A stretch of DNA of 64,000 nucleotides from Candidatus Caldarchaeales archaeon. GTDB lineage: Archaea; Thermoproteota; Nitrososphaeria_A; Caldarchaeales; Wolframiiraptoraceae. Position numbers and translations under genes: made by a program. The notes under the pieces were generated by a model. That model was not told the origin of the DNA. It saw only the letters and a list, made by a program, of their open reading frames with translations, and ran no database searches. The first letter of the stretch is position 1; each line of letters opens with the position of its first letter. Positions 1 to 8,872 of this stretch are shown in pieces. The DNA is taken from assembly GCA_039630055.1 (NCBI GenBank), contig JBCNVN010000001.1:96001-160000 (forward strand), written 5' to 3'.

Positions 1-150
1 GGTACTGAAAGTATGGAGACTAGAGCCCTCGTAGAAAATGCTCTAGCGGTAATCTCTAAAGTCTCAGATAGATTAGAGAAGCATTTCAAGAATATAAAAT
101 CAATATATGTTAAGAAGAGTATGGGTAAGCCTATCAAGATAACACTTTAA
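1..150 (+). CDS. rpl1: 50S ribosomal protein L1, 3' end (partial)
   Basis: Frame 1 translates GTESMETRALVENALAVISKVSDRLEKHFKNIKSIYVKKSMGKPIKITL*, matching the archaeal L1 C-terminus (GTE.M...EN...V...NI.SIYVK..MG). Not in the ORF track. Confidence 0.88.
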   Translation, partial: GTESMETRALVENALAVISKVSDRLEKHFKNIKSIYVKKSMGKPIKITL

Positions 151-221
151 AGATAAAAATCATCTCTCAGAGTATAGTTAGAGAAAGTTTATCAACTTAC
201 ATGTTGATGTAGATCTAGAAC

Positions 222-839
222 TTGAAGCAGAAGTTGGGATTAAAGATCTCAAAGATCTTGATACGTAATAGTGATTGTAGAGTTGTAAGGTGGTTGGAGA
301 GTAAAGGGGTTGAAGCAGAATTTAAGATTGTTAAGATAAGTGAGAATACTTCTACACATCTATTAAGATTTCCCAAACCGATAGAGTTTGACAAACAGAT
401 GGATATCCATGGTTCATACATGGTCTTGCCAGGCAACTATCTCTGGATAAATACAGAAAGCTGTACAGCATGTAGAACCTTCTCAAAACTACCTGTAATA
501 ATGAGATCTATATCATATGCTAAATCCTCAGGCATTATCGTAAGATTAATAGTTCCAGGGAGATTATTTCATAGACAGCTTATAGAGTGCTTAGAGAATT
601 CTGGTCTAGAAGTAGAATCAATCTCGATCAGAGAATATGAAGATTATGAGTTGACTGAAAGACAGATGGAGGTTCTCATAACGGCCTTAAAGTTAGGATA
701 TCTAGGAAGTAGGAGAAGCGCAAAGCTGAAAGACATAGCATCCTTTATAGGCTCAGATCCCTCTACAGTCTCACGGATTATTAGAGACGGCATCAAAAAG
801 ATAATAAAAAGAACTTTAGATGAAGAACATATTTATTAG
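222..839 (+). CDS. HTH_10 (bacterio-opsin activator-type) transcriptional regulator with N-terminal CxxC
   Basis: C-terminal LTERQMEVLITALKLGY...KLKDIASFIGSDPSTVSRIIR is a typical HTH_10; the N-terminal domain has ESCTAC. Confidence 0.85.
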   Translation: MKQKLGLKISKILIRNSDCRVVRWLESKGVEAEFKIVKISENTSTHLLRFPKPIEFDKQMDIHGSYMVLPGNYLWINTESCTACRTFSKLPVIMRSISYAKSSGIIVRLIVPGRLFHRQLIECLENSGLEVESISIREYEDYELTERQMEVLITALKLGYLGSRRSAKLKDIASFIGSDPSTVSRIIRDGIKKIIKRTLDEEHIY

Positions 840-843
840 TATA

Positions 844-863
844 TCATACAACATTTTGTATGA
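844..863. promoter_or_regulatory. Perfect inverted repeat TCATACAA-N4-TTGTATGA, candidate operator
   Basis: 8-bp arms read directly from the sequence. It lies immediately upstream of an AT-rich BRE/TATA-like tract (aaaatattat) about 25-30 nt before the subunit II start. Confidence 0.6.
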
Positions 864-895
864 AAATATTATCTTTAATCATGAATAAACATTAA

Positions 896-1474
896 TTGAT
901 GGCACCCCAGATAATTATAGAAGTAGTCTATCTTGTAATAATATCGATAGTCATAGGGTTCATTATAGTCTTCTACATATTGACTCAGAGAGGTAAGAGT
1001 AGAGGTCAGAATTCAAGTGGTGAAGAGCATGGGATAAAGAAGGGTATGGAGAAAGGAGAGAAACGATGGCTGGTCTTCTTATTCATAATAGCTTTGATCG
1101 GAAATATGGTGATGCTGTCTCCACTTCTCCCATCTACGAGATACACTTTATGGTTAGAAGAAAAACCAAAATTAACGATAAAAATAGAAGTGATAAACTA
1201 TGAATTTATACTTCCTGAAAAGCCTATAACTATCCCAGCAGGTACTCCAGTAGAGTTTATAGTAGTATCTCAAGACCTAGTATATGGTTTCGGGGTATTC
1301 AGAAAGGATGGGCTCATGGTATTCCAGATGCAGGTGGTTCCTAAACCATATGAAAATCGAATAGTATGGGTATTCGATGAGCCTGGGTACTATGATATAA
1401 GGTCTACAGAATATAGTGGTCCTAAGCATCCCTACATGTATGTTCCCGATGCAATAAAAGTAGTGGGAGGATGA
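896..1474 (+). CDS. Heme-copper oxidase superfamily subunit II-like protein lacking CuA cysteines
   Basis: Two TM helices plus a cupredoxin fold (ITIPAGTPVEF, PGYYDIR). The CuA motif reads STEYSGPKHPYM instead of CxExCGxxHxxM. Start is TTG 896 or ATG 899. Confidence 0.85.
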   Translation: MMAPQIIIEVVYLVIISIVIGFIIVFYILTQRGKSRGQNSSGEEHGIKKGMEKGEKRWLVFLFIIALIGNMVMLSPLLPSTRYTLWLEEKPKLTIKIEVINYEFILPEKPITIPAGTPVEFIVVSQDLVYGFGVFRKDGLMVFQMQVVPKPYENRIVWVFDEPGYYDIRSTEYSGPKHPYMYVPDAIKVVGG

Positions 1475-1480
1475 GAATGT

Positions 1481-3049
1481 ATGAATGAAGAAGAGAGGAA
1501 GGTTCTCTCGATAAGGTTTGTAGTGATCTCATTGATCTTCTTAGCATTAGCTGGGATTGAAGGAATACTGATGAGGTTTAGAATAGTAAATACTCTTGTA
1601 GAACTCTTTGATGAAAAGCATTTCTACTCTATGATGACAGCCCACCCATTTATCGGAGTATATGGATGGGCTTATATGGCTGTTATGGGTGCATTCTACT
1701 TTCTCGTACCCTATATTCTCAAGAAAGATATCTACAGTAAGAAGGCTGCATACTTGAGTTTCTGGCTGATGATTATAGGTTTGGCAACTGTCTGGACAAC
1801 TACATTTTTAACTCATTATGCACCCCTCTACACTCTCTACTGGCCTATACCGGTGGCATACGATATAATTGGATGGAACATATACTCTATACTCTCTTTT
1901 GGTTTAGGTGTCGCATTGATCTTAGGAGGTGTACTCACATTCTTTGGGAACATGTTTGCTACAATATTCCTATCTCAGCGGCAGACAGATGGAGGATCTG
2001 CCAGCCCATGGTACATAATCAAAGAACTAATTATAACAGCATTCAATCTAGATAAGGTTAGGGCAAATATACTAAGACTACCGCAATATACTTCGAAGGC
2101 CTTCAGTTATCCAGTCTTTGTTGTAGCCGTTTTTAGAGGATGTGTAGATACGACATTAAACGCGTTTGTTATAGGAGGTGTAGGAGTACTCTTGATAGTG
2201 TTTGCTATAGGAAACGTGATCCCGAATCTTTCTATATCCCATACTATACTAGATCCATTAATATACAAGAATATCTTCTGGTGGGGGCTAGACCTTATAG
2301 CTGATGGGAACGTCCTCATCTTCACCGCTGGAACATGGTATCTTCTCGTACCACTACTACTCAATAGGACTTTATACGGAGAGAGTGTTGTGAGAACTGT
2401 TATCCTTGCAGACCTTGTAATCTCTCTCTTCGTCTGGAATCACCATATGCTGGCAGATACTCCTCAGCCCTTAGCTCTACAGATACAAGGTCAGATATTC
2501 ACTTGGGGAGAGCTGCTGACGATGGGGTTGACAATGTTCGCTGTTCTAGCAACGATATGGTATGCGAGACCTGTAAAATATTCTATGCCCTTGAAGTTTA
2601 TTCTCGTATCTATTGTAGGATATGCTGTAGGTGGTTTAGCTGGAATAATACAAGCGAACTATGCATCAAACAGATTCTTCCATAATACTCAGTGGGTTAT
2701 AGGGATCCATGGACATATACAACTGCTTGTAGGGTTATCTTCAACTCTGTTTGCAGCGGTTTATGCTCTCTTCCCATTACTTACAGGTAAGTCGCTTAGT
2801 GAAAGATTGGGAAATGTTCATTTGATACTCTGGACTGTTGGTGGACTGGTGATGGGATTAAGCATGGGGTTGGCTGGAACACAGGGGATGTTGAGGAGAA
2901 CTCTCTACCCGATGGGATTAGGACCTTTCGAACCATATATGAACATAGCGATCATAGGAGCTTTGATGATGGCAACGGCCTTCATAATCTTCCTTGTAAA
3001 TATCATTAGAACGGTAAAGCTTGGCAACCTACTAAAGATACTCTTTTAA
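1481..3049 (+). CDS. Heme-copper oxidase superfamily subunit I, gNOR-like (putative nitric oxide reductase)
   Basis: About 12 TM helices; heme His in MMTAHP, WNHHM, IHGH and GMLRR; helix VI reads FWWGLDLIAD instead of FWxxGHPxVY. Confidence 0.8.
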   Translation: MNEEERKVLSIRFVVISLIFLALAGIEGILMRFRIVNTLVELFDEKHFYSMMTAHPFIGVYGWAYMAVMGAFYFLVPYILKKDIYSKKAAYLSFWLMIIGLATVWTTTFLTHYAPLYTLYWPIPVAYDIIGWNIYSILSFGLGVALILGGVLTFFGNMFATIFLSQRQTDGGSASPWYIIKELIITAFNLDKVRANILRLPQYTSKAFSYPVFVVAVFRGCVDTTLNAFVIGGVGVLLIVFAIGNVIPNLSISHTILDPLIYKNIFWWGLDLIADGNVLIFTAGTWYLLVPLLLNRTLYGESVVRTVILADLVISLFVWNHHMLADTPQPLALQIQGQIFTWGELLTMGLTMFAVLATIWYARPVKYSMPLKFILVSIVGYAVGGLAGIIQANYASNRFFHNTQWVIGIHGHIQLLVGLSSTLFAAVYALFPLLTGKSLSERLGNVHLILWTVGGLVMGLSMGLAGTQGMLRRTLYPMGLGPFEPYMNIAIIGALMMATAFIIFLVNIIRTVKLGNLLKILF

Positions 3050-3237
3050 GATATCTAACCCTCAAACTTCATATTTTTCAGTTATATTTAGACTAGTTAC
3101 TATAAAGTAACTCTGAAAGTTAAGAGATGAATATTTAAGATCTTTAGAGTCCTATCCTACAACACTTTAAGTTTTTTAACTAGGTGAAAGTATAGACAGA
3201 CTGAGTTAGTAGAGTTTAAAGGAGTGTTGGTTTAGAC

Positions 3238-4107
3238 TTGAATGGACAGACCGTGATCTCGAGGGTGCAGAGATGGAAGATTGAAGAAGTCGAGGAATTG
3301 GCAAGTTTAATCGGAAAGCATCGAGTAATCGCTGTCTTTAGTTTATCCGGCTTGAGAACAAACCTAATACATGAGATTCGGAAGAAGCTTAGAGGCTTCT
3401 GCACTATAAGAGTTGCAAAAAAGACCCTCTTTATCAAGGCCGTAGAGCGGGCGGGTAGAAAAGATCTGGCTAAGCTTGTAGAAGATATTAAAGAAAGCGT
3501 TGGGTTCATATTCTCAGATCTTAACATATTCAAGCTTAAAATGCTGCTGGATAAGAATAAGGTACTCATGCATGCTAAAGCAGGAGAGAGATCAGATATA
3601 GATGTAATAGTGCCTGAGATGAATACTGGACTTCCTCCGGGACCTATCTTGAGCGATTTCGGAAAGTTAAAGATACCTACGAGGATCGAGGGAGGTCAGA
3701 TATGGATCGCTAAAGATACTCTAGTAGCTAAGAAAGGTGATGAAATATCAGCTCCTCTGGCCTCACTTCTATCAAGGCTTGATATAAAAGCGGTGATGAA
3801 AGGGATAACGATCGATAAAGGCTATGAAGATGGAGTGATATTATCTGGAAAAGACCTTGAATTAGATCTAGAGATGTTCAAGAATAACATTATAGAGGCC
3901 AGTAGCACAGCCATGAAGTTAGCGTTAGAGATAGGATATGTAACAAGAGAGACTATACAGCCTCTAATAATCAAAGCATATAGAGAGGCTAGGTCTCTCG
4001 CAATTGAATCAGGGTTCCCAGATAAAGAAGTGATAGGAGAGATGATTATCAAGGCTGAAGTAATAGCTAGAAGGCTGGAAGAGTTGATAGAGGCTAAGAG
4101 GACCTAA
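3238..4107 (+). CDS. rpl10: 50S ribosomal protein L10 (P0)
   Basis: WKIEEVEEL, VAKKTL, NTGLPPGPILSDF, KIPTRIEGGQI are typical archaeal P0 motifs; no acidic C-terminal tail. Confidence 0.95.
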   Translation: MNGQTVISRVQRWKIEEVEELASLIGKHRVIAVFSLSGLRTNLIHEIRKKLRGFCTIRVAKKTLFIKAVERAGRKDLAKLVEDIKESVGFIFSDLNIFKLKMLLDKNKVLMHAKAGERSDIDVIVPEMNTGLPPGPILSDFGKLKIPTRIEGGQIWIAKDTLVAKKGDEISAPLASLLSRLDIKAVMKGITIDKGYEDGVILSGKDLELDLEMFKNNIIEASSTAMKLALEIGYVTRETIQPLIIKAYREARSLAIESGFPDKEVIGEMIIKAEVIARRLEELIEAKRT

Positions 4108-4118
4108 CCCTCTATTGA

Positions 4119-6884
4119 TCACTTGGCCAATATCTGGATGATTAGATCGTTGACAGTTTTTCTTAAATCTTCTTCATCGACATCTCTTCCCAAGTTTCCC
4201 TGACCAAGCCTAGATTGTCCACCACCCTTTCCACCAAGCTTTGATGATATCGCATCGGCTAGTCGTCCAGCATGAATTCCTAGATCCTGAGCCTCTTCAC
4301 TAGATACTATAAGCAATTTTGGTTTCCCCACATCGAATGCTATCACGACGCATTTCGGACCCTTTTTCTCCATCAATATATCCGAGATCATGAATGCATA
4401 ATCCCTATCACCCTCTACTTCCCTGGCTACAAATACTTCGATCCCCCCGATTATAGACCGTCTATCGAATAATTCTTGAGCTCTATATTTTGCAACCATT
4501 CTTTCAAGCGAGTTGATCTTCCTCCTCAGTTCTTTAACCTGATCCAATTCTTCCTTTAACTTCTCTAAGATATCTACTGGAGATGATTTAAGAAGTATAG
4601 ATGCCTCATTTATTATTCTATCGTTTTCTTGGAGGTATGGTAAAGCTGATGGACCTGCAGCGAAGATGAGTCTTTCCACACCATCTTGTATTCTCTCCGT
4701 CTTCAATATCTTTATCAATCCTACGTCTTCAGTGTTTTCACAGTGCATTCCACCACATGCTTCTACATCCCAACCTAATATCCCTACAACTCTAATCGTA
4801 GCAGAGGGTACCTCGCCTCCTTGATATAGGGTGAATCCATAAATCCTCTCCGCCTCATTTCTATCCATCCACTTGATGACGACCGGTATCCTACTCATAA
4901 CGATCCTATTCGCTTCCCTCTCTATCTTCTCAATATCTTCTCTGGTCAACCTCTTATGATGGTATATGTCTAATCTAGCTTTATCTGGTTCCTTCTCTGC
5001 ACCGGCTTGCCAAGCATGCTTACCTAAGACCCTTCTCGCAGATCCCAGAATTATATGTGTGGCAGTATGGTGTCTCATCAATGTAAGCCTCCTCTCTCTG
5101 TCTAACTCTGCATCTACTATGGTTCCTACCTCTGGTGTAGGACCCTCGATCTTATGGAGAATTACACCACCACTCAATAGACTGGTCTCGACAACTCTTG
5201 CTTGATTATTTTGACCCCATCTTATGAAACCTATATCGGTGGCTTGACCTCCTCCAGTAGGATAAAACAATGTCTGATCGAGAATTACATAATTATCTAG
5301 AACGCCTATGACCTTTGCCCTGAACTTGAACTCAAAAGGTTGCTCATAGTACAGCTTCCTCGTTGGAGGATAGTTTTTCACTCTTTCCTCTAGAATTTTG
5401 AGCTCATCATGGATTGGAGGTTCAATGGATCTGAGATGTCGTGATGCTACAAGCTCATAGAAGTTCTCGGGGACCGATATTTTTACATCTTCTCTTTCAG
5501 CGATCTGTCTTACAAAATCGGGGGTGAGCCCTCTCTCATCATACATTCTAACCAAGAAATCTACTGGAACCTCTCCATGACTATCCTTCAACCGCTTGAT
5601 CTCTCTCTCAACATAAGTAGCTCCACGGAAGATTGTCTCTTTAAACTTCTTTATCTCAGACTCTATTATCTCGAGAGCTTCATCCCTCATCTCTATGAGA
5701 TGTGGAAAATCCTTTCCCCAGAAGTTTAGCTGTAGATCTACCAGCTCGAGCAGTTTATCAGATGAAGATATGGAGTCTATCAGTCTGTATGCCTTCCTAA
5801 TCAGTAACCTTGCTAGATAGCCTACCTTTACATTTGATGGTACAACCCCCTCACTTATTATAAATGCTATAGACTTTGTGTAATCAAGTAGTGCATAGAC
5901 TTTCTCCAGTGCTGCTATCTCCTCCTCTATAAACCTGAGGGGGATCTCAGATTTTTCTGATATTAGTCTCCTCACTTCAGAGATCGTTTGTCCAGACTTT
6001 GGGATGACGAGAGCCGTATATGGTGAGTATCTCTCGAGAAGCTTTCTATCAGGCTTAGGGAATGGTAGGATCTTCTCAATCCTCGGATAGAGCTCACCAT
6101 ATACTGCATCGAAGCAGCTGGGTGTTCCTTGGCTGAACCATGCAAACCTCTCGATGCCATAACCTGTATCTACAGTTCTTATCGGTAGCTCTATCAACTC
6201 GCTATCAAGTGTCTTATACTGCATAAAGACGAGTGTTGCTAACTCTAGTCCATAAGAGATGGTTTCAAAGCATGGTCCAGCATTTCCGCCACCACTCCAA
6301 ACAGACTCTTTGTAGACTATCTGATCTTCAGGTATGCCGAATTCCTCCATAACATATTCATGATAATATCTTACTGTATCCTCTTTCCAGTAGATCTCCT
6401 TGTCTGGATAGTTGAATGCATGGGCTCCACCCATCTCGAATATCGTTAGATGTCTTCCGAAAGTTAATCCAACCTTGTCTATGTCTACCAGTCTTATACA
6501 TGGCTGACTAATTACTAGGGGGTTGGCTGGGGGTGGGGCTATTCCAGAAGTCACGAAGGGTTGGAAGTCTACGATGCTAGCATCGGTTAAGAACATGTCG
6601 GTCCTCCATCTAGCAACGACTGGATATGGCTTTATCACTGTATGACCTCTCTTCTCGAAGAATCTGAGAAAGGTCTCTCTAGAACCTTTAACGTCAACCT
6701 TCTTCTTTGCTAGACTTCTACCGATAAATTTGTATTCTTCACAAGGTGACTCTCCACAGACTTCTCTATCTAGATCGACTGTCCAAAAATATTCTCCACA
6801 ATACTTACATCTTCTTCTGACGTAACCTCTCTCTTTAAAGAATTCTAGACTATAAACTTCTTCGCTGAACCTCATACCATCCAT
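4119..6884 (-). CDS. alaS: Alanine--tRNA ligase (archaeal type)
   Basis: RRCKYCGEYFWT, PYPVVARWR, QPCIR, GGGNAGP, VDTGYGIER; editing domain HTATH and CGGMH; DHHA1 GGKGGG. Confidence 0.97.
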   Translation of the reverse strand: MDGMRFSEEVYSLEFFKERGYVRRRCKYCGEYFWTVDLDREVCGESPCEEYKFIGRSLAKKKVDVKGSRETFLRFFEKRGHTVIKPYPVVARWRTDMFLTDASIVDFQPFVTSGIAPPPANPLVISQPCIRLVDIDKVGLTFGRHLTIFEMGGAHAFNYPDKEIYWKEDTVRYYHEYVMEEFGIPEDQIVYKESVWSGGGNAGPCFETISYGLELATLVFMQYKTLDSELIELPIRTVDTGYGIERFAWFSQGTPSCFDAVYGELYPRIEKILPFPKPDRKLLERYSPYTALVIPKSGQTISEVRRLISEKSEIPLRFIEEEIAALEKVYALLDYTKSIAFIISEGVVPSNVKVGYLARLLIRKAYRLIDSISSSDKLLELVDLQLNFWGKDFPHLIEMRDEALEIIESEIKKFKETIFRGATYVEREIKRLKDSHGEVPVDFLVRMYDERGLTPDFVRQIAEREDVKISVPENFYELVASRHLRSIEPPIHDELKILEERVKNYPPTRKLYYEQPFEFKFRAKVIGVLDNYVILDQTLFYPTGGGQATDIGFIRWGQNNQARVVETSLLSGGVILHKIEGPTPEVGTIVDAELDRERRLTLMRHHTATHIILGSARRVLGKHAWQAGAEKEPDKARLDIYHHKRLTREDIEKIEREANRIVMSRIPVVIKWMDRNEAERIYGFTLYQGGEVPSATIRVVGILGWDVEACGGMHCENTEDVGLIKILKTERIQDGVERLIFAAGPSALPYLQENDRIINEASILLKSSPVDILEKLKEELDQVKELRRKINSLERMVAKYRAQELFDRRSIIGGIEVFVAREVEGDRDYAFMISDILMEKKGPKCVVIAFDVGKPKLLIVSSEEAQDLGIHAGRLADAISSKLGGKGGGQSRLGQGNLGRDVDEEDLRKTVNDLIIQILAK

Positions 6885-6918
6885 CTAGTGACAACTACTT
6901 ATAGATAAAAATAATCCT

Positions 6919-7233
6919 CTAACCAAAGAGAGCGCTTAATCCTGCTAAAGCCTCTTCTTCTCTCTCTTCTTTCTTCTCTTCTTTCTTTTCAGCTGGTTTT
7001 ACTTCTGGAGCAGGAGCCTGGGCCGCAGAGCTCGGACCTGCCGATATTATAGGAGTAGCTGAAGCCGACTTCAAGACTTCTTCAATATTGATCTCTGAAA
7101 CTGCTGCTACTAGAGATTTAATCCTAACTTCATCTGGAGTGATCCCGGCGGCTGATAGGACCCTCTTCACATTCTCTTCATTAATCGGCTTACCAGCCTT
7201 GTGGAGAAGTAAGACTGTATATATGTACTCCAT
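6919..7233 (-). CDS. rpl12: 50S ribosomal protein L12 (archaeal P1)
   Basis: [19 protein letters not shown]...[13 protein letters not shown]. Start moved to the MEYIY Met (the ORF track begins at 7266). Confidence 0.96.
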   Translation of the reverse strand: MEYIYTVLLLHKAGKPINEENVKRVLSAAGITPDEVRIKSLVAAVSEINIEEVLKSASATPIISAGPSSAAQAPAPEVKPAEKKEEKKEEREEEALAGLSALFG

Positions 7234-7389
7234 CTCTAGTCTAACATAGTCTAGGTTAGCCTGCATTTAAAGATTATCCAGACCACCATTTTATACATCT
7301 CTATTTAATCGAGAATAGTTAGCCCTCAAATTTTTGTGAATATTGAATAGTAATATCGTATATAAACTGGACCTAGTCTATAGATTGGC

Positions 7390-8823
7390 ATGGATCGGGA
7401 AGGCTATAGGGTTGAGAGAGATTTATTTGGAGAGGTCCTGATACCTGTAGAAGCATACTATGATACTAGCACTGTCAGAGCAATAGAGAATTTTCCAATA
7501 TCTGGATTGAGATTTCCTAGAGCTTTCATAAGAGCTTTAGGATTGATAAAGTATTCCGCTGCTAAGGTCAATCTAAAGCTAGGACTATTGGATAGAGATA
7601 GAGCTGAAGCAATAATGAGAGCAGCTCTCGAGGTTGTGGATGGAAGATACGATGATCAGTTTGTCGTTGACATATTCCAAACAGGTTCAGGTACATCGAC
7701 AAATATGAATGCAAACGAGGTTATAGCTAATCGAGCTGCAGAGTTGTTGGGTGGAAAAAAGGGAGATAAGAAGCTAATACATCCAAATGACCATGTAAAT
7801 ATGTGTCAATCGACAAACGATGTGTTTCCCACCGCTATCCACATCTCGGTAGCTGAAAGTATTATCAAGATGCTGCTACCCAGCTTGAAGATTTTGGAAG
7901 AATCTTTAAGGATGAAGGCTTCGGAGTTCGAATCGATTGTAAAATGTGGTAGAACCCATCTACAGGATGCTGTCCCGATAACGCTTGGACAAGAGTTCAG
8001 TGGTTACGCATCTATGATTAGACATGGGATCCAGAGGCTGGAGAGGAATATGGAAGAGATATTAGAGCTACCTATAGGTGGAACAGCGGTTGGAACAGGC
8101 TTAAATGCTCATCCAGATTTTGGAAGAATGGTTGTAGAAGAGATTAGCAATATCACCAACATTATGTTCAAGGTCTCTGAAAATAGATTTGAACAACTCC
8201 AGCTTAGAGATTCTTGTGTTTCAATAAGTGGATGCTTGAGAACAATAGCTGGAAGCATATTGAAGATTATTAGAGATTTGAGACTTCTCAGCTCTGGACC
8301 GAATACCGGGCTTGGAGAGATAGAAGTACCGGCCACACAGCCAGGCTCATCTATAATGCCTGGAAAAGTTAACCCTGTAATACTTGAGAGTTCTATGCTT
8401 GTATGTGTAAAGATCTTTGGAAGTGATCTGACGATCGCACTCTCGAACCAGCTTGGAGAGCTTGAACTCAATATGGGTATGCCTCTAATCGCATATGAAT
8501 TGCTCGAATCGATCCGACTACTATCTAACATGTCTAAGAATTTAGCTGTCAAGTGTATCAATGGATTGAGGGCAAACGTTGAGAGATGCCGTTACTATGC
8601 AGAGGTTAGCCCAGCTCTAGTAACAGCATTGACTCCTATCATCGGATATGATAGAGGAGCATTGATAGCTAAAAAAATCGTAGATGAGAAGAAGACTATA
8701 ACACAAGCATTGATAGAGGAAGGATATTCAGTCGATGATTTGAAGGATGTAATAGATCCGTTAAGGTTGACTAAGGGTGGGATAATCTCAAAGACCTCTA
8801 TCAAGAGAGGGGAAAGCCTTTAA
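7390..8823 (+). CDS. fumC: Class II fumarate hydratase (fumarase/aspartase superfamily)
   Basis: QTGSGTSTNMN, HPNDHVN, GRTHLQDA and the GSSIMPGKVNP signature. Aspartase cannot be fully excluded. Confidence 0.8.
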   Translation: MDREGYRVERDLFGEVLIPVEAYYDTSTVRAIENFPISGLRFPRAFIRALGLIKYSAAKVNLKLGLLDRDRAEAIMRAALEVVDGRYDDQFVVDIFQTGSGTSTNMNANEVIANRAAELLGGKKGDKKLIHPNDHVNMCQSTNDVFPTAIHISVAESIIKMLLPSLKILEESLRMKASEFESIVKCGRTHLQDAVPITLGQEFSGYASMIRHGIQRLERNMEEILELPIGGTAVGTGLNAHPDFGRMVVEEISNITNIMFKVSENRFEQLQLRDSCVSISGCLRTIAGSILKIIRDLRLLSSGPNTGLGEIEVPATQPGSSIMPGKVNPVILESSMLVCVKIFGSDLTIALSNQLGELELNMGMPLIAYELLESIRLLSNMSKNLAVKCINGLRANVERCRYYAEVSPALVTALTPIIGYDRGALIAKKIVDEKKTITQALIEEGYSVDDLKDVIDPLRLTKGGIISKTSIKRGESL

Positions 8824-8872
8824 ACCTTCACGAAAAACTCAAATTATGAAATCTTGAAGATACCTTGAATTA

